This document shows, piece by piece, positions 37,354-45,887 of a stretch of 64,000 bases of DNA. This DNA comes from a virus. Made by a program: the position numbers and the translations under genes. The notes below the pieces were generated by a model. That model made no database searches. It was not told the origin of the DNA and saw only the letters and a program-made list of their open reading frames with translations. The stretch's first letter is position 1; every line of letters starts with the position of its first letter. Where the stretch lies: IMG/VR virus record IMGVR_UViG_3300045988_069061; one strand, given 5' to 3'.

Positions 37354-38268
37354 TTAATATTCAATACGTTGACGTTTCTTTTTATTTTCTGCCAATATAG
37401 ATTCTTTCTTGTAAAAAGAAAGCATTCTTATTACTTCATCTTTTAAATATGGTAAGTGATATACTGTCATGTTGTCACTGTGGTCGAAGTGTACTAAAAC
37501 TAAGTCTTCAATTTCAAATTCTGGGTTTTTCTTCTGAATCATCCAGGCGTAAGTACTTAGCTGAAGGGTATAATGCCAATAATTAACATCATCTAAATTA
37601 TTTAGAGGATACTTCATCTTAACTGATGTCTTAGTTTTAGAATTAAAGAAGCTCTTTGTTTCTATTTTTTTATTAGTCTTCCAGTCACCAATAATTATCT
37701 TATTACCTCTTTTAACTAATAAGTCAATTTGTCCAGCTATTCTTAGTTTTCCGTCCTCAGATACTCTAGAGATTAGATACTCAGGATATACCCCATTCTC
37801 CAAATCTAGATTGTTATAGTCTTTTATACACTCAAACTTACCACCTATTTGATATTTACTTAGGTCTATATCCTTCTTCTTTTTGTAAAAAGAGTTTTCC
37901 AAATCTGCATGGATTCTAGTTCCTCTCTCGCAAGAGTTTCTGTTCTCCATATCCCATGCATCTAAGATAGCTTGTTGTTCTTTATTAAACTCGTCTTCTG
38001 TAATGTTATGAAGTTCAAGTAGAACTTTGTCAAATTTCTTAGTATTCAGCAGAGATTTTTTCTCGATAGCCCAATCTTCTTTAGGTAGAAGTTTCTCTAG
38101 TGCTTTATAAGCTGACCAGAACTCTTTATCAAAGGGTTGGGTGAAAGAATGAATTAAAGTCGTTACAGATATAAATTTCTGTTCTGGCTTTGTAACATCA
38201 TAATAAATATGAGCTTCCTCTTCGAAAGCTATGTTCCCATTTTGTTTTGTAATTTTACTTTTGTCCAT
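37354..38268 (-). CDS. PD-(D/E)xK family nuclease (lambda-Exo / YqaJ / Cas4-like recombination exonuclease)
   Basis: Motifs IAGQIDLLV (D), IIIGDWKT (E/D-x-K) and YTLQLSTYAWM (QxxxY), in the arrangement typical of RecB-family nucleases. Confidence 0.55.
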   Translation of the reverse strand: MDKSKITKQNGNIAFEEEAHIYYDVTKPEQKFISVTTLIHSFTQPFDKEFWSAYKALEKLLPKEDWAIEKKSLLNTKKFDKVLLELHNITEDEFNKEQQAILDAWDMENRNSCERGTRIHADLENSFYKKKKDIDLSKYQIGGKFECIKDYNNLDLENGVYPEYLISRVSEDGKLRIAGQIDLLVKRGNKIIIGDWKTNKKIETKSFFNSKTKTSVKMKYPLNNLDDVNYWHYTLQLSTYAWMIQKKNPEFEIEDLVLVHFDHSDNMTVYHLPYLKDEVIRMLSFYKKESILAENKKKRQRIEY

Positions 38269-38382
38269 TAGTCATAATTCATTTAATCATTTATCACATT
38301 TATCTATATTTATTTGATACTTTTCAAGTATATTAATATTCTTTGTAAGATACAAATCAATAAATAATACATTATATTAAAA

Positions 38383-38724
38383 ATGTCTAATATGACAAAA
38401 ATGGTAACATTTGGATGTCCAATTTTTAAAAACGGGTCAGGTATTCATATTAAAGAGAAAAACAAAGGTAAATTTACTGCCTCTGCTAAGGCTGCAGGAT
38501 AGTCTGTACAGGAACATGCTAAATCTGTACTAAACAATCCTAATGCTACTCCTCTTCAGAAGAAGCGTGCTAACTTTGCTAGAAACGCGGCTAAATGGAA
38601 ACACGAAGATGGAGCTAAGATACATAAACCAAGTGGACATAGATCTATTCTAGATAATGGATGGATTCCTACTACTAGATTAAAGAAAGGAAATTATGGA
38701 TTAATTAAAACAAGAAAGCAATGA
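38383..38724 (+). CDS. small basic protein with one in-frame TAG at 38500-38502
   Basis: ATG 38383 (MSNMTKMVTFGCPIFKNGSGIHIKEKNKGKFTASAKAAG-Q-SVQEHAKSVLNNPNATPLQKKRANFARNAAKW...). Frame verified by coordinates. Absent from the ORF track. Confidence 0.5.
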
Positions 38725-38791
38725 ACGCTGTAGTTAAATTAATTAAAGAATTTATACTTAAGATATATCTTTATTTACTATTTATATTTAA

Positions 38792-38983
38792 TAAGTAATA
38801 TGGACTATAATAGAGCAACTCTTTATGCGGCTACTGGTCGTACTTTATTACTCCCTGGCTGGAAAGGGTATTTTTATTGGGACTATACTAAGAATGAATT
38901 AAATTTTAGAAATGGAGACTATCATTTAGATAACAAATAGCTCAAGGAGAAAGGAGTTATGGAACGTAATGATTGGTATTATA
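38792..38983 (+). CDS. small hypothetical protein with an in-frame TAG (MDYNRATLYAATGRTLLLPGWKGYFYWDY...)
   Basis: 64 codons, verified by coordinates. TGA overlaps the next ATG (ATGA). Confidence 0.45.
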
Positions 38984-39372
38984 TAATATGATAATTAAAA
39001 ATAATATTATACCGTTTGGAGGTTATAAAGTAATTAATCTGTTTGGATTAATATTTACTAAGTCGGATTTGACTGATGAGGATAAGAATCACGAGAATAT
39101 CCATTCAGTATAGATTTTAGAATGTGCAATAGCGTTTGCAATACTTATATCTATATTATTTGGATTAGAATGGGTATGGTTAGCTATTCCATCTTTCTAT
39201 ATCTGGTATGGATTAGAGTATTTAATTATACGACTATTAAGACTTAAAGATTCTCAAAATGATTGCTACAGAGATGTAAGCTTTGAAGAAGAAGCTTATA
39301 TGAATGAAGACAATTTACAGTATCTAGAAGGATAGAGAAAGATGTTTTCATGGATAAAATATCTAAAAGTTA
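38980..39372 (+). CDS. small membrane protein with two in-frame TAGs (39103, 39325)
   Basis: ATG 38980, TAA 39370-72. Hydrophobic core ILECAIAFAILISILFGLEWVWLAIPSFYIWYGLEYLIIRLL. Confidence 0.45.
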
Positions 39373-39424
39373 ATGCATAACAAAATAGGCGAACTTAGAC
39401 AATTAAGTCTAGGCTCGCCTATTT

Positions 39425-39625
39425 TTATTTACTATTATACGTACAAGTGATTCTGTTTGGCTCTTCCCACCAAGGTTTATCTGAAAGTGGAGTTCTGATG
39501 CTATTGGGCCAATTTATAATTGGAGTAGTTTCCTCTACTATAGCCTCCATTATTTTAAATAATGTATCCAAGTCTAGCTCATGAATATTAGTTATTGTTT
39601 TCTTATAATTTATCATACCCTTCAA
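39425..39625 (-). CDS. small hypothetical protein
   Basis: ORF-track entry. Confidence 0.35.
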   Translation of the reverse strand: MKGMINYKKTITNIHELDLDTLFKIMEAIVEETTPIINWPNSIRTPLSDKPWWEEPNRITCTYNSK

Positions 39626-40094
39626 AAGTGTCGTTAATAATTGCTTTCTCTATTGTAGTATCTTTATATAAACCATGTTGTAGTATATTTCTTACTTGAT
39701 TCCATATATCTAATAATATAGAAGAATCATCTGAAAGACTATATTGTGGATAGCTAGCCCTTAAACTGCTAAGTACTTTGCCATTAATGTCAAATACGAA
39801 ATTTTTTATATCATCTGTAGTTTCTCCAGAAATTCCTGCAGCTCTTTGTAAAAGTTTAAGAGCCTTTTCATATACTTCCCTTTCTTCACGCTCAATTCTT
39901 GAAGATCATCATATTTGCGGCTACTGACATATTAGTACGATACACTTAGCTTATTTAAGTTGTCTAGATAATCTAAGAACCATTGTTCGTTTTGTTTTCC
40001 TTCTTCTACAATAGTATTAATTAAAGATTCTGTAGCTAATAGTGTTATTTCTGCTAGCTCCTCTAATTCCGATTTAGTAAGTTCGTTATATTTT

Positions 40095-40409
40095 TCAATC
40101 AAGTTTAACATAATCCATCCAGTCTTTTATATATGATTTACATTCTTCCAAATCTGGATAGATACTTGTTATAGAGCATCCAGTTTTCGGATTTTTAAAG
40201 TGATGCATCTTAGTCTCTTCTTTTTTCTCCTCTTCTGTATTTCTATTTAATGTTCTATTCCAATAGTTGTACTTTTCATCTAACATTTCCATATCACATT
40301 CCTCTAATATTTTCATATTAGGGTTATTCATTATCTTGTCGTATTTTCTCTTTAAATTAGAGACTTTGACAACATCATTTCCATTTAATACAACTGCACA
40401 CTGTTTCAT
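40095..40409 (-). CDS. hypothetical protein (104 aa)
   Basis: ORF-track entry. Confidence 0.4.
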   Translation of the reverse strand: MKQCAVVLNGNDVVKVSNLKRKYDKIMNNPNMKILEECDMEMLDEKYNYWNRTLNRNTEEEKKEETKMHHFKNPKTGCSITSIYPDLEECKSYIKDWMDYVKLD

Positions 40410-40633
40410 TTCAATACCTTATAAGTACATATCTTGCCTATCTGTTTTCCTTGAATTGTTATTTGCGGAAGAAAATAGCAGGCTTGATTCTCAAATTCTT
40501 GAGGTACAAAGATATAATCAAACTTACTTCCAACTACCTTCTCACAAACTTTATTCCAATCGTCTCCCTCTTCTATAATAAGAGTTTTAGCTCCTGTTGG
40601 AGTTACTACATAATTCTCATTTAATTTTATCAT
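40406..40633 (-). CDS. small hypothetical protein; the true start is probably internal (MIKLNENYVV...), because the annotated N-terminus is a translation of the suppressor tRNA gene
   Basis: ORF 40406..40708 overlaps tRNA 40651..40722 on the same strand. Confidence 0.35.
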   Translation of the reverse strand: MIKLNENYVVTPTGAKTLIIEEGDDWNKVCEKVVGSKFDYIFVPQEFENQACYFLPQITIQGKQIGKICTYKVLK

Positions 40634-40650
40634 AACTATTAATTTTGGCG

Positions 40651-40722
40651 TTGCCCTACTAGGATTCGAACCCAGACTAAATGATTTAGAGTCATCTGTG
40701 CTGACCATTACACCATAGGGCA
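40651..40722 (-). tRNA. amber suppressor tRNA, anticodon CTA, Gln-tRNA-like (U1-A72)
   Basis: Minus-strand sense tgcccta-tg-gtgt-aatggtca-gcac-a-gatga-CTCTAAA-tcatt-tagt-ctggg-ttcgaat-cctag-tagggca-a: a full 72-nt cloverleaf. The anticodon loop c-t-CTA-a-a reads UAG. Confidence 0.85.
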
Positions 40723-40860
40723 GTAACTTATTTCTCTTTTAGAGATTTATTTTCTGCTGCCAATTTCTCTAGTTCTTTTCTTAATTGTTCATTTTCGTGA
40801 AATAAAGCCTGCATAGTAGCGTTGATATTAGCTAATAGTATTCTCATTTGAGCAACCTAT

Positions 40861-41261
40861 TCATACATAAGCTTTCAGTTGTTCAATTCTCTTTTTAGCT
40901 ATATCTGACAATGCCATTTTGAATTTAGCAATACCAGCTCTTACTGTTTCTAACTTGCCGCTTTCTAAGCATTCTTGTATTTTATGAACTTCAAGCTCTC
41001 CTAGATATTCGCATACATCTATAAATAAATCATCATCTAGAGATTCTAAATATTTCTGGAATTGGTCTACCTCTTCATTAGCTAGACAGCTTTCTTCCTT
41101 CTATCTTTCATAAGATATTAATAAGAACAAAGAATCGTCGGTAGATTCGGACTTAATAGTTAGCCCATTACCAGACATATAATATTCTTGATTCGTATTA
41201 ATTGCCTCAACTAGCTATTTAAACTAGTCCTAATTTAACAATGTTTCTAAGTCTGTAATCA
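40861..41261 (-). CDS. hypothetical protein (~130 aa, MITDLETLLNQDQFKQLVEAINTNQEYYMSGNG...) with in-frame TAGs; coordinates approximate
   Basis: Hand translation. First minus-strand gene next to the divergent intergenic region. Confidence 0.25.
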
Positions 41262-41289
41262 TAATTGTTTTCTTTTTAGTTATATACAA

Positions 41290-41586
41290 CAATAACCTCC
41301 GAAAAGTTAAACGCAAAGTTAAAAAATTCTAATTCAAATATTATACATATTTTATATATTAAGGGGAAAGCCGGTACAGGTACTTTATATAAATAGCCCC
41401 CTGGGGTTATTATAAATTCCGACTTTTATATTTGGAGGGCAATTACCTAGATTCCAAAAATTCATAGAGTGAGTGTAGTGGCGGTCCACCACTACGTTAG
41501 ACCCCCCTGGGGTTCGTAGTGGAAAATAAATATCCATATATATAATCCCTAACCATATAAGAGTAATAATTATAAATTTTATAACA
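41290..41586. promoter_or_regulatory. strand-switch (divergent) intergenic region with two copies of the GC palindrome CCCCCTGGGG and an inverted repeat GTAGTGG..CCACTAC
   Basis: ccccctgggg at 41397-41406 and cccccctgggg at 41503-41513. Inverted repeat at 41476-41496. An AT-rich ttataaattttataacaATG leader follows. Confidence 0.4.
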
Positions 41587-42033
41587 ATGGCAACAGAAAG
41601 AAACAGCCGAGAAAAGGGTGAAGCACTCGCAGCGGCACAGGGTACACAAATCAAGGATTTTGCAGCGGCAGGAAAAACTAATTTACCACCTACGGAACTT
41701 GCAAACGTGGAAGTAGGGGAAGAGTTCACAATTCCCAATGACTACAAAATCTATGAACGTGAATTTAACGGTAACAAATATCAGTTTGTTGTTACCGAAG
41801 AAGGAAAATTCTTTTACGTTTCATGGCTCACACGTGGAGCAAAGCCCAAAGACGGGGGAGATTTTGTAAGACCTAAAGGTACAGTAATCGAAAAGTTTTA
41901 CAAAAATCCTAATGCCTCTTACGATGAGGCATTTAAAGGCATCACTGGGAAACCTATGATAGTAAAAGAATTTACCAAAGTTGAAGGTGAAAACTTTACC
42001 ACAAAGGTGGCAACCATCGACTTTGTAAAATAG
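41587..42033 (+). CDS. small abundant-type protein, paralogue A (148 aa), function unknown
   Basis: ORF-track entry. Paralogous to 42249..42707 (shared MATE.N.R...AAAQG, WLTRGA.P.DG.DFVRP.GTV, DEAFK). Confidence 0.55.
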   Translation: MATERNSREKGEALAAAQGTQIKDFAAAGKTNLPPTELANVEVGEEFTIPNDYKIYEREFNGNKYQFVVTEEGKFFYVSWLTRGAKPKDGGDFVRPKGTVIEKFYKNPNASYDEAFKGITGKPMIVKEFTKVEGENFTTKVATIDFVK

Positions 42034-42110
42034 TTTAACATTGGGTAGGGGTGATGGCACACCTAAAACTATTGAGCAAATCAGCTATAAAGAATATGCC
42101 GTTATCAAAC

Positions 42111-42135
42111 CATATTTAATTAAAGAGGGAGAATA
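42111..42135 (+). terminator. hairpin agagggaga-ataat-ctccctct
   Basis: 9-bp stem downstream of 41587..42033. Confidence 0.35.
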
Positions 42136-42248
42136 ATCTCCCTCTATTCATAATTAATATAAAGGTATAAATAGCCTGTATACAGGCCCCAACATTACCC
42201 GAGTGAACAATAAATGTATAATTACTAACAAAAAAAAATTATTAGATT

Positions 42249-42707
42249 ATGGCAACTGAAAAGAATGCTAGACGGATTAGTGAAGAAAGAGCTGCTGCTC
42301 AAGGTGAAATATTCAACTCTTTCAAAGATGCAGGTGTAGGGGCTGTTCGCTCTCTTGAATTGAACAATATCAATGAAGGAGAAACGGTGACGATTCCTAA
42401 AGACTTTAAAATCTTCTTAATGCCTATTAGCGGAACAACCAACAAAGCTGCCAAAGTTATTACTGAAGAAGGTAAGGACTTCTGGATTGGCTGCTTGACT
42501 CGTGGCGCTCGTCCTGCTGACGGTAGTGATTTTGTACGTCCAACTGGTACTGTTGTTGATGCTGTTCAGAAGCACGCTACAATGGATGAAGCTTTCAAGG
42601 AAGAGCTTGCCGGTAAGAAGATTAAGTTTGAAAAGAAAACCGTTGTGGTAGCCGAGTTCAATGGCGAAACAAGAAACGTCAACGTGTGGACGCTTAACTT
42701 CGCTTAA
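42249..42707 (+). CDS. small abundant-type protein, paralogue B (152 aa)
   Basis: ORF-track entry. A 14-bp perfect palindrome gcctgtatacaggc lies at ~42175-42188 upstream. Confidence 0.55.
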   Translation: MATEKNARRISEERAAAQGEIFNSFKDAGVGAVRSLELNNINEGETVTIPKDFKIFLMPISGTTNKAAKVITEEGKDFWIGCLTRGARPADGSDFVRPTGTVVDAVQKHATMDEAFKEELAGKKIKFEKKTVVVAEFNGETRNVNVWTLNFA

Positions 42708-42837
42708 ACGAAGTTTTGTAACTCTTAAAGGCAAAATGTATAAGGATTGGTTAGTCACCGGTCCTTATACTCGATACAAAGTGAAAAACGGTGAGAATTA
42801 TCACTTAAAAAGTGGATATTTTCTTATCAGAAATCAC

Positions 42838-42941
42838 TTAGTATTGAGATATATTCCTGGATAGAAGTTTACACTGTAACTGTTATTAGTATTGAGATAT
42901 ATTCCTGGATAGAAGTTTACACTGTAACTGTTATTAGTATT
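42838..42941 (+). repeat. 48-bp tandem direct repeat, 2.2 copies (ttagtattgagatatattcctggatagaagtttacactgtaactgtta)
   Basis: Copies start at 42838, 42886 and 42934 (partial). Non-coding, at the start of a ~0.9 kb ORF-free region. Confidence 0.85.
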
Positions 42942-43751
42942 TCCAATGTTCAACGCGACCATTCGGCAAAGGAAAGAGGGCAATTATCACTAAAAAGACC
43001 CCTCAATTTCCGGACTTTTTCCGATTTTCAAAAAATCCGCCAGAGTAGGAGTTATATAGCTCACACTCTCTATGGACATTATTTAGTATTTAGCCTATAA
43101 AAAGGCAACAAAAAGCGAGGCTACGCAGAAGAGCCTAACACCAAAAATAACTGTTACAAATTCTATGTGCATATTCGCAAACTTGAGCACTATAGGATTT
43201 AGGTTGAGGATTGGTCACTTATAGCAATATTATGAGTACTGCTGATACAATTATGTTAGAAGTTGCCAGGTCTAAGAAGCCTGATTAAAATCTCTAGATA
43301 GTAAGACTCATCTCGAACCTATTCGCAAGTTTATAGACTAGCTATCTATAAATTTAGTGATGGAATACCAACGAAGTTGGTGTTCCCGCTTTGCGAACGT
43401 CCTCAGCATGGAAAACTGAGAAATAATCTCCTATCTTATTCTAGATAGGATTTCCCTACTAGTTCCCTTTAAAGGAGAAGATTCTGGTTCAGAGTAGGGA
43501 TCTTCATAGTTATATTATTTGTGATTATTACTTTTCAGCTACAGTTCGTGAGAATAGTAGCTTTAACTAGAATATTAATTTAAAACTATATAAATATGAT
43601 AATCATAATCATTTTATACATAATAGCTATCATAGGCTATAAATGTAAGAGTGTAGGAGTATGCCTGTTTTTCGGACTTTTAGCTACAATGCTACTTTGT
43701 TTGAGAATAGGCTCAGAAATAGGACATGCAATATATTAAAATAAAGTAAAA

Positions 43752-44201
43752 ATGAAAAAGATTAAAACTTATCCAAATCATTTAGAGATTATAACCTCAG
43801 TCTTTATTCCTTATAAAGATTTTGATTTAGAAGATTTCCCAACCGTTACAATCCAAGACATTATGAATGCCTGGGCTCCTGTATGCATTGAAGCATTGAA
43901 AATGAGAATGGACGCATGTGTCCAAATGCTAGAACGCCATAGAAAGGACATTATTAGTGTAAATGAGGATGCCGTAGAATTCAAAAAGGATAATGGAAGT
44001 ATCCATCGTTTCCATATTCGTAGTTATAATTTGATGGAACAAACAATCACTAATTTCCAAAATGGAGATTTGAGTCTGAACAGAGATACAGCTTACCAGC
44101 TTGTAAAGGCTCTCTATTGGATTCCAGAAAAACTAAAAGCTGAACGGAAAGGTGTAGGATTTGAACTCTTCATATCCTTTGTTCTAAGTCATCTCCGATG
44201 A
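43752..44201 (+). CDS. hypothetical protein (149 aa)
   Basis: ORF-track entry. Confidence 0.45.
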   Translation: MKKIKTYPNHLEIITSVFIPYKDFDLEDFPTVTIQDIMNAWAPVCIEALKMRMDACVQMLERHRKDIISVNEDAVEFKKDNGSIHRFHIRSYNLMEQTITNFQNGDLSLNRDTAYQLVKALYWIPEKLKAERKGVGFELFISFVLSHLR

Positions 44202-44427
44202 CTAAAATAAAAAACTCAATAACTTCCCAAGACACCAGTTTCTTATGAATAAATACTCTGAAAAGCCTATATGGGCAGCCTCGAAAGTCTTAGACCAGAG
44301 AGATAGTAAGTTTTAGGTGTAAAATGCGATTAATAAAAGATTATGGAACAGTATTTAGATGTTAAGAGATTTACTCAAAAGCAATTATTCAAGAAAATAA
44401 CTAAAGTTAAAACTATGCTAGGGAGGA

Positions 44428-44766
44428 TTGCATCCTGAGAAATACCTAGAAGTTGTACCCGAACATAAAAATTGTGTCCTAGTTGACTTCAATCCAGCAG
44501 ATGCATTAGTAAGAAGAAATTCTCTTATTAGGGAGTTTGATTTACTTACTAATTCTCCAGCGGAGAGAAGTCCGCTCAACTTCGTTGATTGTGATTTCTG
44601 CAAGTCTATTATAAATAATGGAGCAGATTTACTATATACGAAGATGCAGCTTTCTCCAATTAGAAACAAGTATATCACTTTTAGTTGTAGAACTGCGGGA
44701 GAACAATTGAGTGGTTGGCAAAGAATTTCCCAGAACTTGATATTCCAAGAAATTACGTGTTTATAA
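44428..44766 (+). CDS. hypothetical protein (TTG start); uncertain
   Basis: ORF-track entry, overlapped by an antisense ORF. The coding strand is unresolved. Confidence 0.25.
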   Translation: MHPEKYLEVVPEHKNCVLVDFNPADALVRRNSLIREFDLLTNSPAERSPLNFVDCDFCKSIINNGADLLYTKMQLSPIRNKYITFSCRTAGEQLSGWQRISQNLIFQEITCL

Positions 44767-44937
44767 ATGATACAAGATGTAAGGAGATCGTCAGTATGTA
44801 TGCCAACTAGAGACAGATTCTTAGACATATACAGAGATTCTGGAGATAACCGGACTAATTAAAATCCTCTGATGAGTCTTTGAAAATTAAGACGAAACTA
44901 CCCATCTTTGGGTAGTCAGGATTAAAAAGAAAAAGAA

Positions 44938-45138
44938 ATGAGAAAGTACAACAGATTAAATTGCGATTCAACTGTTCGCGCAAGATTTATAGATACTTGG
45001 GGACGAGTAATAACTTTAGTCGGAACCCATGCCTTCGAATATGCCATTCACATAGAAGGAGTAAGAACAGTTACTGAAACATTTGAGAATGGAACATTAG
45101 CAAGAAAAAGATTTAACGAATTAAAAAGAAAACCATGA
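44938..45138 (+). CDS. small hypothetical protein
   Basis: ORF-track entry. Confidence 0.4.
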   Translation: MRKYNRLNCDSTVRARFIDTWGRVITLVGTHAFEYAIHIEGVRTVTETFENGTLARKRFNELKRKP

Positions 45139-45368
45139 GAAAAAGATTCAAAGCTGCGAGAATAGCATCTTCAGACAACTACGAATTGTCTAGAAGAATA
45201 CATTCTCAGTATTTAAAGAGATGGCACAATGCTAACATCGAGGTAATCACTGAAATTACCACATCATTAGTAATCAAAGAACAAAAATACATAAGAGTAT
45301 TTGGAGAATTAATTCCGATTTCGGAAGAGGAATTGAGAATCCATAACACTCTGATAGTTGAGAACTAA
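45135..45368 (+). CDS. small hypothetical protein
   Basis: ORF-track entry. Four-nt overlap with the neighbouring gene. Confidence 0.4.
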   Translation: MRKRFKAARIASSDNYELSRRIHSQYLKRWHNANIEVITEITTSLVIKEQKYIRVFGELIPISEEELRIHNTLIVEN

Positions 45369-45609
45369 TATGGAAGATTTATTAGCAATTGTTAGATGGG
45401 GCATTACTTTACCCGTTTGGTTGCTAGAACATATACTTAAGGCTATGACCTTAATAGTTCTGGTATTGGTAATCATCGTCATGGCGGTATTATATCCGCT
45501 ATTTCGGTCTATCTGGCGTAAGACAGGACAGTCTGTGATTTTTAAGTATGCAACAAAATGGAGAGGAAACTATCCACTAACAAAAAAAGTATTTAGTTTA
45601 TGGCAATAA
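45358..45609 (+). CDS. small membrane protein
   Basis: Hydrophobic stretch LKAMTLIVLVLVIIVMAVLYPLF. Confidence 0.4.
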   Translation: MRTNMEDLLAIVRWGITLPVWLLEHILKAMTLIVLVLVIIVMAVLYPLFRSIWRKTGQSVIFKYATKWRGNYPLTKKVFSLWQ

Positions 45610-45887
45610 TGAGAAGAATCACCGAAATAAACGGTGAGATAATTGTGGTAGAAACTATGATTATCGTAGGAGAGATAGTATTGATTACAGTACAAATAAA
45701 TGGAGAACTAGTTCGCTATGAAATATTATCTGTTGGACAGTTATGGGAAGGTCGTTAGGGCCTTCTCAAGCTGGTCTGAGGCTAACAAATTTCGTATAAC
45801 TAGAAATAGACCAGATTGGAGGATTGTATGACATACATCGTTGTATTTATAATATTAATCATCATGTGGAAAATGATTGAAGACGAA

